From assembly GCA_023399035.1 (NCBI GenBank), contig JAEWQX010000144.1, positions 255-64,254 of the forward strand: a DNA stretch of 64,000 bases, in the 5' to 3' direction. The notes below the pieces were generated by a model. That model was not told where the DNA came from. It was given only the letters and a program-made list of their open reading frames with translations, and ran no database searches. Numbering within the stretch: the first letter of the stretch is position 1; each line of letters opens with the position of its first letter. The position numbers were made by a program, and so were the translations under genes. This stretch comes from Bacillota bacterium (GTDB lineage: Bacteria > Bacillota > Clostridia > Clostridiales > Clostridiaceae). Positions 29,713 to 39,402 of the stretch are shown here, piece by piece.

Positions 29713-30555
29713 ATGAAAATTAAGGCTTATGCAAAAATTAACATTGCCTTAGATGTTGTTGGGAAAAGAGAAGATGGTTATCATTTGTTAAGAATGATCA
29801 TGCAGACTGTTGATTTGTATGATGTTATTGAAATAACAAAGAGTGATTGTAATATAAAATTAAAATGTAATAAACCATATGTTCCAACAGATGAAAGAAA
29901 TTTAGCGTATAAAGCTGCCAAGTTATTCAAAGAAACATATAATATTAAAGATGGTGTTTTAATAGACTTGACTAAAAATATACCGGTTTCTGCAGGAATG
30001 GCAGGCGGAAGTACTGATGCAGCTGGTGTGCTGAAGCTTATGAATAGGCTTTTTAATGTTAATGCTAGTGATGAAGAATTAAGGACATTAGGATTGAAAT
30101 TAGGTGCAGATGTTCCGTACTGTATTAGTGGAGGAACAGCATTGTGTGAAGGTATAGGTGAAAAGATAACACAATTAAAGCCGTTTAAGGATAAAATATT
30201 AGTTATAGTTAAGCCTCCTTTTGGAGTATCTACTAAAGATGTATATAAAGCTTTTGATTTATCAAAGATTGTGTTTCATCCAAGAACTGATGATATAATA
30301 AAGGCAATGGAAAATGATGATATTGATTTTGTTGCTAATAATATGAAAAACCTTCTTGAAAATGTAACATTGAGAAAGCATAGAGTTATTTTAAACATAA
30401 AAGAAGCAATGAAATCTTATGGTTCATTAGGAACTATGATGAGCGGAAGCGGTCCGACTGTATTTGCATTTTTTGATGATATGTTAAAGGCACAGGAGTG
30501 CTATGATGAAATGAAAAAGAAATATAAAGATGTATTTATATCAAGGACAATATAA
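29713..30555 (+). CDS. ispE: 4-diphosphocytidyl-2-C-methyl-D-erythritol kinase
   Basis: AKINIALD, PVSAGMAGGSTDAA, GADVP, MSGSGPT. Confidence 0.96.
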   Translation: MKIKAYAKINIALDVVGKREDGYHLLRMIMQTVDLYDVIEITKSDCNIKLKCNKPYVPTDERNLAYKAAKLFKETYNIKDGVLIDLTKNIPVSAGMAGGSTDAAGVLKLMNRLFNVNASDEELRTLGLKLGADVPYCISGGTALCEGIGEKITQLKPFKDKILVIVKPPFGVSTKDVYKAFDLSKIVFHPRTDDIIKAMENDDIDFVANNMKNLLENVTLRKHRVILNIKEAMKSYGSLGTMMSGSGPTVFAFFDDMLKAQECYDEMKKKYKDVFISRTI

Positions 30556-30572
30556 AATTATATAAAAATTGT

Positions 30573-30602
30573 GTATAAAACCCCTTTAAGTGGTTAATAA
30601 TT
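30573..30602 (+). promoter_or_regulatory. SigmaF-like promoter of spoIIR
   Basis: GTATA-N15-GTTAATAATT; spoIIR is an established sigmaF gene. Confidence 0.55.
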
Positions 30603-30624
30603 TCAACTACAAGGGGGTTTGTTT

Positions 30625-31314
30625 ATGAAAAGATTTTTTGATATAAAATTAATACTGCTTCTTGTAGTATTATTAACTGCTAATATATTCTACGGATGCA
30701 CTACTGTAACAGTTGATAAGGTATGTGCAAATAATTTAGATGCAAAAATACTTAACTATAATGATGTTAAGGATTCACTTATAAGGTTCCATGTAATAGC
30801 TAATAGTGACAGTGATGAAGATCAGCAATTAAAGCTTAAGGTTAAAAATAAAGTAATTGAATATTTATATCCATATTTAAGTGAAAGCAAATCTTTAGAT
30901 GATTCAAGACAGATAATAAAAGATAATATGGATGAAGTTAAGACGCTTACACAGGAAGTTATAAAAGAAGAGGGATATAATTACGATGTAAATCTTCAAT
31001 TATCAAGGGAAAACTTTCCGGATAAATCATATGGTAATATTGTTTTACCACAAGGAAACTATGAAGCTTTCAGAATAATAATAGGCAAAGGTAAAGGTAG
31101 GAACTGGTGGTGTGTAATGTTTCCACCATTATGTTTTGTAGATGAATCAAAAGCAGAAGTAGAGTATGATAAAGTAGAGAAAGAAATAAAAGATCAACAA
31201 GATAATGAACAAAATAATTTAGAAGAAGATTATAAGGATTGTGATAACGGCGATAAAGATAATATTGTTATTAAATTTAAATTAGCAGAGGTTATCCAGA
31301 ATTTATTTAAGTAG
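30625..31314 (+). CDS. spoIIR: Stage II sporulation protein R
   Basis: LIRFHVIANSDSDEDQ, NWWCVMFPPLC; SD AGGGGG before ATG 30625. Confidence 0.96.
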   Translation: MKRFFDIKLILLLVVLLTANIFYGCTTVTVDKVCANNLDAKILNYNDVKDSLIRFHVIANSDSDEDQQLKLKVKNKVIEYLYPYLSESKSLDDSRQIIKDNMDEVKTLTQEVIKEEGYNYDVNLQLSRENFPDKSYGNIVLPQGNYEAFRIIIGKGKGRNWWCVMFPPLCFVDESKAEVEYDKVEKEIKDQQDNEQNNLEEDYKDCDNGDKDNIVIKFKLAEVIQNLFK

Positions 31315-31326
31315 GGGGATTATAAA

Positions 31327-32316
31327 ATGACAAGAGCGTTAGCCATGATTTCAGGTGGATTAGATAGTATACTGGCAGCAAAATTAATAAAAGAACAAGG
31401 GATAGAAGTTATAGGGATATGCTTCAGATCATATTTTTTCAATGAAGAAAATGCTAAAAGAATGACAAAACAAATAGGAATACCATTAGAAGTAGTTGAT
31501 TTTTCAAAGGAACACTTTGAAATGGTTAAGAGTCCTGATCACGGATGGGGTAAAAATATGAATCCTTGTATAGACTGTCATGCAATGATGATGAGATATA
31601 GTGGAGAACTTCTTAAAAAATTCGAAGCTGATTTCATTATAACAGGAGAGGTTTTAAATCAAAGACCAATGTCTCAAAACAGATCGGCTTTAGATGTTGT
31701 TAAGAAGCAGTCTGGATTTAGTGATAAAATTTTAAGACCTTTATGTGCAAAGAACTTAAAACCAACTCAGATGGAAATTGACGGATTAGTGGACAGAGAA
31801 AAATTATTAGATATTTCAGGAAGAAATAGAAAGCCTCAAATGGCCTTAGCTGAACAATGGGGTATTAAGGATTATCCATCACCAGCAGGCGGATGCAAGC
31901 TTACAGAACCTAATTATTCTATAAGATTAAAGGATGTACTTAACAGAAAAGGTGATGCTACAGAAAAGGATATACACCTTCTTAAGTATGGAAGACATTT
32001 TGTAAGTGATAACAGCACAAAGATAATTGTATCTAGAACTGCTGATGAGGGTAATGAATTAAAAAAATTATTAAACAAAAATGATTTAATGTTTATTCCA
32101 AGTAATTTTAACGGAGCTATGGTAGTTATACCAGAAGGATATATTCCAAATGAGGATGATATAATTCTAGCATGCAGATTAGCAGTGAGATACAGCAAGG
32201 GCAGAGATGAGGAAAGCGTTGAAGTTAAGTATGGACGTGTATCTACTAATTTCACTGACGTAAGAAATGTTTCTGCAATAACGCAGGAAGAACTTGAAAA
32301 ATATAATATTAATTAA
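31327..32316 (+). CDS. PP-loop tRNA sulfurtransferase-like protein (ThiI/MnmA-related, no THUMP domain)
   Basis: SGGLDS PP-loop, NPCIDC, TGEVLNQRPMSQ, LRPL, PAGGC. Confidence 0.8.
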   Translation: MTRALAMISGGLDSILAAKLIKEQGIEVIGICFRSYFFNEENAKRMTKQIGIPLEVVDFSKEHFEMVKSPDHGWGKNMNPCIDCHAMMMRYSGELLKKFEADFIITGEVLNQRPMSQNRSALDVVKKQSGFSDKILRPLCAKNLKPTQMEIDGLVDREKLLDISGRNRKPQMALAEQWGIKDYPSPAGGCKLTEPNYSIRLKDVLNRKGDATEKDIHLLKYGRHFVSDNSTKIIVSRTADEGNELKKLLNKNDLMFIPSNFNGAMVVIPEGYIPNEDDIILACRLAVRYSKGRDEESVEVKYGRVSTNFTDVRNVSAITQEELEKYNIN

Positions 32317-32352
32317 ATTAAAATAAAATTTATTTGTATTTTGGAGGAGAAC

Positions 32353-32766
32353 ATGGTTAAAAATGCAGTTATTACTGTTCAAAGCAGGGTTTCGGTTGAA
32401 GATGATTTAATAGAAGTAATAACTCCAGGAAAATTTCATATTACTAAAAGTGGATTTAAAGTTGAATATGATGAAACTAAGCTTTCAGGAATGGAAGGAA
32501 CTAAAACTACTATGGTAATCAAGGATAAATACTTTAAGTTAAACAGAGTTGGGACAACTGAAACAAACATGGAGTTTGAAAAAGATACACAATCAGTATC
32601 ACTATATAAGACTCCTTTTGGTGCAATGAGTGTTGTAGTTGATACTAAGAATTTAGAAATTGATGTTGATGACAATGGCGGCACAATACATATCTTATAT
32701 ACTTTAAATGTTGAAGGACAACAGTTGATAGAAACTGATTTAAATGTAGTTATAAAAGCTCAATAA
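32353..32766 (+). CDS. DUF1934 (YwiB-like) beta-barrel protein
   Basis: YDETKLSGMEGTKTT, YKTPFG; SD GGAGG before ATG 32353. Confidence 0.8.
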   Translation: MVKNAVITVQSRVSVEDDLIEVITPGKFHITKSGFKVEYDETKLSGMEGTKTTMVIKDKYFKLNRVGTTETNMEFEKDTQSVSLYKTPFGAMSVVVDTKNLEIDVDDNGGTIHILYTLNVEGQQLIETDLNVVIKAQ

Positions 32767-32771
32767 AACAT

Positions 32772-32817
32772 AAAAGGAGTATTGATTTAAAATTTATTTA
32801 AATCAATACTCCTTTTT
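32772..32817 (+). terminator. Intrinsic terminator
   Basis: AAAAGGAGTATTGATTTAA / TTAAATCAATACTCCTTTT. Confidence 0.85.
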
Positions 32818-32987
32818 AATATGAATAAGATATAAACCTTATATCAAATCTTAAATGATTAAAGCATGAGTATTATGGATATAATTAACTTTAGGATTAT
32901 TATGTTAAGTGTCATATATGAATATATTTCAAGTTAAGCGGTTTTAATCAGACTGATGAATAAAGTGTAAGATTAAGGGAGGTTAGT

Positions 32988-33281
32988 ATGGATAATAATA
33001 AGTATTTAAAAATATTAAAGATTATATACGGTTATTATGGAATAGATGAAAGCGGATTTGTTAAGTTATTAAAAAATAGAGATAAAAAATTTCTGATTTT
33101 ACTTGTATTAAAAAATAATAATTTCCTTGAGAGTTCTGATTTAATTAATATATTCGGGATAAATAGTGTAAGTAAGATGAAGCGTACTATTAAAAGTGCT
33201 GAGGAAAAGTTTCTGGTAAACAGTTTTTTTAGAAAGGATTATGTAGAATTAGAAGAAAAAATAAAAAAACAAATAGACTAG
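32988..33281 (+). CDS. Small protein resembling DnaA domain IV / TrpR-like HTH
   Basis: Strong SD AAGGGAGG; helical pattern IIYGYYGI...LINIFG...YVELEEKI (family call is inference). Confidence 0.7.
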   Translation: MDNNKYLKILKIIYGYYGIDESGFVKLLKNRDKKFLILLVLKNNNFLESSDLINIFGINSVSKMKRTIKSAEEKFLVNSFFRKDYVELEEKIKKQID

Positions 33282-33453
33282 TGCAAAAAAAGACTAGATA
33301 TTAATAAAGATATGTGATATTATATATTCTATGTTATTAAAAACAACACAAATAAACCAATAAAATGTCTATTTATTGGGTGAGTTTTAGTATACCACTA
33401 TAAAGAAGATAAGTCAATAGAAAAATAAAATAAATTTATTTCGACATATATAG

Positions 33454-35070
<1,617 letters not shown>

Positions 35071-35097
35071 TATATAGAGTACATAAAACAAAGTAAT

Positions 35098-35165
35098 TTG
35101 TAATATTAAAAAAATTAATATATAATAGAGTAAACTGGTGAAATGAATATAATTTCACCAGTTTA
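35098..35165 (+). promoter_or_regulatory. SigmaA promoter plus 14-bp hairpin upstream of rho
   Basis: TTGTAA-N17-TATAAT (35098-35126); TAAACTGGTGAAAT / ATTTCACCAGTTTA (35131-65). Confidence 0.6.
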
Positions 35166-35356
35166 AAATTACTTTAACATAATTTATTTTAAGACTAATT
35201 TCCTCAGTTTAAAATTTAATATTTTGTAATATTAAATTTCTTATTTTATTTAAGTAATTATCACATCAAGTAATCTTTAAAAATTTTCCAAAAAGTAATG
35301 TCAGATAAAATTTTATAGATACGAATTTAAAATCTTTAAATTTTGGAGGTGCAGGT

Positions 35357-36925
35357 TTGACTAAACAAGATTATGAAAGCATGACCTTAAACAAATTAAA
35401 GGAAATTGCAAAAGAATTAGGAATAAAGAATATATCTAAATATAAAAAGAATGAATTAATAGAAGAAATTATAAATGTTTCTCCAAATTCGATAAATAAG
35501 GATGGGGTAATTCTTAGAGAAAATATTGCTCCTAAAATGTCTGAGAATAATCAGAAATCGGATTCGGGATCTACAAGTTATAAAAATTTTTCAGAAGGTT
35601 CAAGAACATATAATAACAATGAAATAAGAAGAGATAATAGCAATGAAGGTTTCAAAAATAAGACTGATGAAAAGAATATAAGAAGAAATTATAGTGATAA
35701 TCAATCAATAAATAGCAGTACTGCTAATAATATGAGAAATGAAGAAAGTATGTTAGAGAGAACTGAAAAAAAAGAAGTTTTAAGAGAAATGATTAATGAA
35801 TCAAATAGTGCTAAAGGGATATTAGAAATATTAGAAAATAATAATTTTGGTTTCTTAAGATGCAAAAATTATCTAACAAGCAGCGAGGATATCTATGTTT
35901 CTCCATCACAAATAAGAAGGTTCAATTTGAGAACTGGAGATGAAGTTGAAGGCAAGATAAGAGAAGCTAAAGAAGGCGAAAAATTTAAAGCTTTACTATT
36001 TGTCCAAAAGGTAAATGGTGAATCACCAGAAAAGGCTATTGGAAGAAAATCTTTTGAAACATTAACACCAATATATCCAACTGAAAGATTAAAGCTTGAA
36101 ACTCAGAACAGCAATGATTTATCTTCAAGATTAATGGATATAATATGTCCTTTAGGTAAAGGACAGAGAGGTATTATAGTTGCACCACCTAAAGCAGGTA
36201 AAACAACATTATTAAAGAAGGTAGCTCAAAATATAGTAAGAAATTATCCTGACATAAAGCTTATAGTGCTTCTTATAGATGAAAGACCAGAAGAAGTTAC
36301 TGATATGATGAGATCTATTAATGGAGATGTGGTTTATTCAACTTTTGATGAAGAACCACAAAACCATGCAAAAGTTGCTCAGATGGTTTTAGAAAGAGCT
36401 AAGAGAATGGTAGAGCAAGGTAAAGATGTAGTTATACTTATGGATAGTATAACTAGACTATCAAGAGCATACAACTTAACAATAACACCTACAGGAAGAA
36501 CTTTATCAGGAGGACTTGATCCAGGAGCACTAATAATGCCTAAGAAGTTCTTTGGAGCAGCAAGAAACATTGAAGAAGGTGGAAGTCTTACTATTCTTGC
36601 AACAGCTCTTGTTGAAACAGGATCAAGGATGGATGATATGATTTTTGAAGAATTCAAGGGTACAGGAAATATGGAAGTACACTTAGATAGAAGACTTCAG
36701 GAAAGAAGAATTTTCCCAGCTATAGATGTATATAAATCAGGTACTAGAAAAGAGGATTTATTATTATCTAAAGAAGAGCTTGATGTGGCATTCTCAATCA
36801 GAAAAGTCATGTATAAAGACGGAAATGCAGATGATATTACAGAAAACCTTATAAATATGCTTTCAAAAACTAAAAATAATGCAGAATTTATTGAAACTTT
36901 TCAGAAGAGCAATACGAAAAAGTAA
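35357..36925 (+). CDS. rho: Transcription termination factor Rho with N-terminal insertion
   Basis: [42 protein letters not shown] start after GGAGG. Confidence 0.97.
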   Translation: MTKQDYESMTLNKLKEIAKELGIKNISKYKKNELIEEIINVSPNSINKDGVILRENIAPKMSENNQKSDSGSTSYKNFSEGSRTYNNNEIRRDNSNEGFKNKTDEKNIRRNYSDNQSINSSTANNMRNEESMLERTEKKEVLREMINESNSAKGILEILENNNFGFLRCKNYLTSSEDIYVSPSQIRRFNLRTGDEVEGKIREAKEGEKFKALLFVQKVNGESPEKAIGRKSFETLTPIYPTERLKLETQNSNDLSSRLMDIICPLGKGQRGIIVAPPKAGKTTLLKKVAQNIVRNYPDIKLIVLLIDERPEEVTDMMRSINGDVVYSTFDEEPQNHAKVAQMVLERAKRMVEQGKDVVILMDSITRLSRAYNLTITPTGRTLSGGLDPGALIMPKKFFGAARNIEEGGSLTILATALVETGSRMDDMIFEEFKGTGNMEVHLDRRLQERRIFPAIDVYKSGTRKEDLLLSKEELDVAFSIRKVMYKDGNADDITENLINMLSKTKNNAEFIETFQKSNTKK

Positions 36926-36936
36926 ATATAATTAAT

Positions 36937-36981
36937 AAAACTAAGGTGACTATATTCTTATTATTAGTCACCTTAGTTTTT
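36937..36981. terminator. Bidirectional terminator between rho and ugtP-like gene
   Basis: AAAACTAAGGTGACTA / TAGTCACCTTAGTTTT. Confidence 0.85.
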
Positions 36982-38094
36982 AGATTCGTCTATTAAATTT
37001 TCTGCAATATCTACTATTTTTTCTAATGAATAAGTGGCTGCCAGAGATTTTAATTTATCTTTTTTAACTGATAAGTACTCTGGATTATTTATTAAAAAAT
37101 TTATTGTATCGTTAATTTTATTTAAATCTTCAATTAATATGGAATAACCTTCGCTTGTTAAGAAATCTATATTTTCTTTTTCCTGACCAGGTATTGCAAA
37201 TGGTATTATTAAAGGAATATTTTTTACTATAGATTCTGTTACAGTTAATCCGCCAGGTTTTGAAATAATCACGTCGCAGTAGTCCATTAAATAGGAAATG
37301 TCTTTTGTAAAACCTAATATGTGTAGCTTTTTATTAACAAATACATTTTCATTACAATATTGAGTAAGTGTATTCTTTAAATTTGTATTTTTCCCACATA
37401 CAACAGTAATCCTGAGTTTGTTTGGATTCTTTAATAATTCCTTTAATACAGAAGAAATTTGATTTAATCCTAAGCTTCCGCTCATAAGCAGTAAATTGAA
37501 ATAAGCTTTATCCTTTAATTCGGAAGCATTTGTTACTTCAGTATAGAATTTCTTACTGATTGGGATTCCTAAAGGATAAATTTTATCTGCATCAATATTT
37601 CTCTCTATAAGTGAATTTTTTGTATACATACTCCCTGTAATATATGCATCAACATATTTGCTTATATAAGTGTAGTGAGCCTTGAAGTCAGTTACAATCA
37701 ATATATAAGGGATTCTTAATCCTTTTTTCTTTAATTCAGAAATAATACGCGTGCTTAATGCATGGGTAGCAACAATTATATCAGGGTTGATTTCATCAAT
37801 AAGCTTTGATACCTTTCTTCTTGAAAAACAAAAAGGAAAATTCAGTAAAACATTTATCATACTGCTGTCAGTCAATTTATAAAATGCACCATATGTTTTT
37901 GGAAATTTGGATGCCATGAGTTCATAACCCTTTACAATTATATCATTAAGAAATTTACTATTATTTTTTAAAAAATCATGTTTTACTATTTCATATCCTC
38001 TGCTTTGAAATGATTCTGCAACAGATGAAGCAGCCTGGTTATGACCTTGTCCAGTTGATATTGTTAAGATTAAAACCTTTTTCACGAATTTCAC
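36973..38094 (-). CDS. MGDG synthase / UgtP-like diacylglycerol glycosyltransferase (GT28)
   Basis: STGQGHNQAA, VTDF, GIPI, SKPGGLT, IPGQE. Confidence 0.88.
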   Translation of the reverse strand: MKFVKKVLILTISTGQGHNQAASSVAESFQSRGYEIVKHDFLKNNSKFLNDIIVKGYELMASKFPKTYGAFYKLTDSSMINVLLNFPFCFSRRKVSKLIDEINPDIIVATHALSTRIISELKKKGLRIPYILIVTDFKAHYTYISKYVDAYITGSMYTKNSLIERNIDADKIYPLGIPISKKFYTEVTNASELKDKAYFNLLLMSGSLGLNQISSVLKELLKNPNKLRITVVCGKNTNLKNTLTQYCNENVFVNKKLHILGFTKDISYLMDYCDVIISKPGGLTVTESIVKNIPLIIPFAIPGQEKENIDFLTSEGYSILIEDLNKINDTINFLINNPEYLSVKKDKLKSLAATYSLEKIVDIAENLIDESKN

Positions 38095-38262
38095 TCATTT
38101 CCAATATGTTCTAATTAGTTAGTTATTATAATTATAATACATTTAAAAAATAAAAGTGTTAAATTTAAATTACAATTAACACTTATTATTATTAAATATT
38201 ACTATTATTTCCAATTGAACAAAAAATATTATTAATTGTTATATAATTATTAATATTTTAAG

Positions 38263-38291
38263 AAAAAAAGAGAAAGACAATGTCTTTCTCT
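38263..38291 (-). terminator. rpmE terminator
   Basis: AGAGAAAGAC / GTCTTTCTCT with A-tract on the left. Confidence 0.8.
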
Positions 38292-38298
38292 AAATTTC

Positions 38299-38508
38299 CT
38301 ATTTGTTGCTAAGACCGAATCTCTTGTTGAATTTATCAACTCTTCCGCCAACGTCAACGATTTTTTGCTTACCAGTGAAGAATGGGTGGCATTTAGAGCA
38401 TATTTCAACTTTAAGTTCTTCTTTAACAGAACCAGTAGTGAAAGTGTTTCCACATGCACACTTAACCACAGCATCGTGATGGTATTCTGGATGTATGCCT
38501 TCTCTCAT
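38299..38508 (-). CDS. rpmE: 50S ribosomal protein L31 (Zn-binding type A)
   Basis: [25 protein letters not shown]. Confidence 0.97.
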   Translation of the reverse strand: MREGIHPEYHHDAVVKCACGNTFTTGSVKEELKVEICSKCHPFFTGKQKIVDVGGRVDKFNKRFGLSNK

Positions 38509-38562
38509 TATTTTTCACCTCTTTCAGTTAATAAATATTATTGAATAATCAATAACTACTTG

Positions 38563-38591
38563 ATTATATCATAGGGTAATTTGAGCGTCAA
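38563..38591 (-). promoter_or_regulatory. SigmaA promoter of rpmE
   Basis: Minus strand TTGACG-N17-TATAAT with extended TG. Confidence 0.75.
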
Positions 38592-38793
38592 TAAATTTGT
38601 AGTTTTAAGTATATTGAAAAAAATGAATTATATGTAATAGTGTCGTTATATAAAAAATAATAGTATTAATATGATATAATTTATTAATAAACATATTGTA
38701 CATATATATTGGTTATGCATATAAATATCTTTTTATGGCAGGTGTTAAATGATATAATCGATTATGATAAAGTAAAAGGAGATACAGATACAG

Positions 38794-39381
38794 ATGAGTA
38801 AATTATATTTTAGATATGGTGCAATGAATTCTGGAAAATCAACACATTTAATGCAGGTTGCACATAACTATGAAGAACGAGGGATGAAGGTACTTATTGT
38901 AAAGCCAAAGGTTGATACAAAAGGCGGAGATACGCTTGTTTCTAGACTCGGAGTTAACAGACATGTAGATTTATTAGTTTCTGAAGAAGCAAATTTATTT
39001 TCAATAATTGATAAATATTTAAAAGAAGGAAGAAGAATAGACTGTATATTAGTAGATGAAGTCCAGTTTATGAAAGCTAATCAGATAGATGAGCTTTTTG
39101 AAATTGCAGTTAAAATTGATATTCCTATAATCTGCTATGGACTTAGAACAGACTTCAAGAGGGATGGATTTGAAGGAAGTACAAGACTTCTTTTATTAGC
39201 TCATAGTATAGAAGAAATGAAAACTATATGCGCATGTGGAAGAAAAGCTGTATTTAATGGAAGAAAAATTAATGGTAAATTTGTATTTGAAGGGGAACAG
39301 ATTGCCATAGATGAACAAAATAATGTTGAATATGAATCATTATGTGGACACTGCTATTACAAATACAAAGAAAATTTATAA
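38794..39381 (+). CDS. tdk: Thymidine kinase
   Basis: GAMNSGKST, VDEVQF, YGLRTDF, Zn lasso CACG...CGHC. Confidence 0.96.
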   Translation: MSKLYFRYGAMNSGKSTHLMQVAHNYEERGMKVLIVKPKVDTKGGDTLVSRLGVNRHVDLLVSEEANLFSIIDKYLKEGRRIDCILVDEVQFMKANQIDELFEIAVKIDIPIICYGLRTDFKRDGFEGSTRLLLLAHSIEEMKTICACGRKAVFNGRKINGKFVFEGEQIAIDEQNNVEYESLCGHCYYKYKENL

Positions 39382-39402
39382 GAGAGTAAGTGATGTATAT
39401 AA

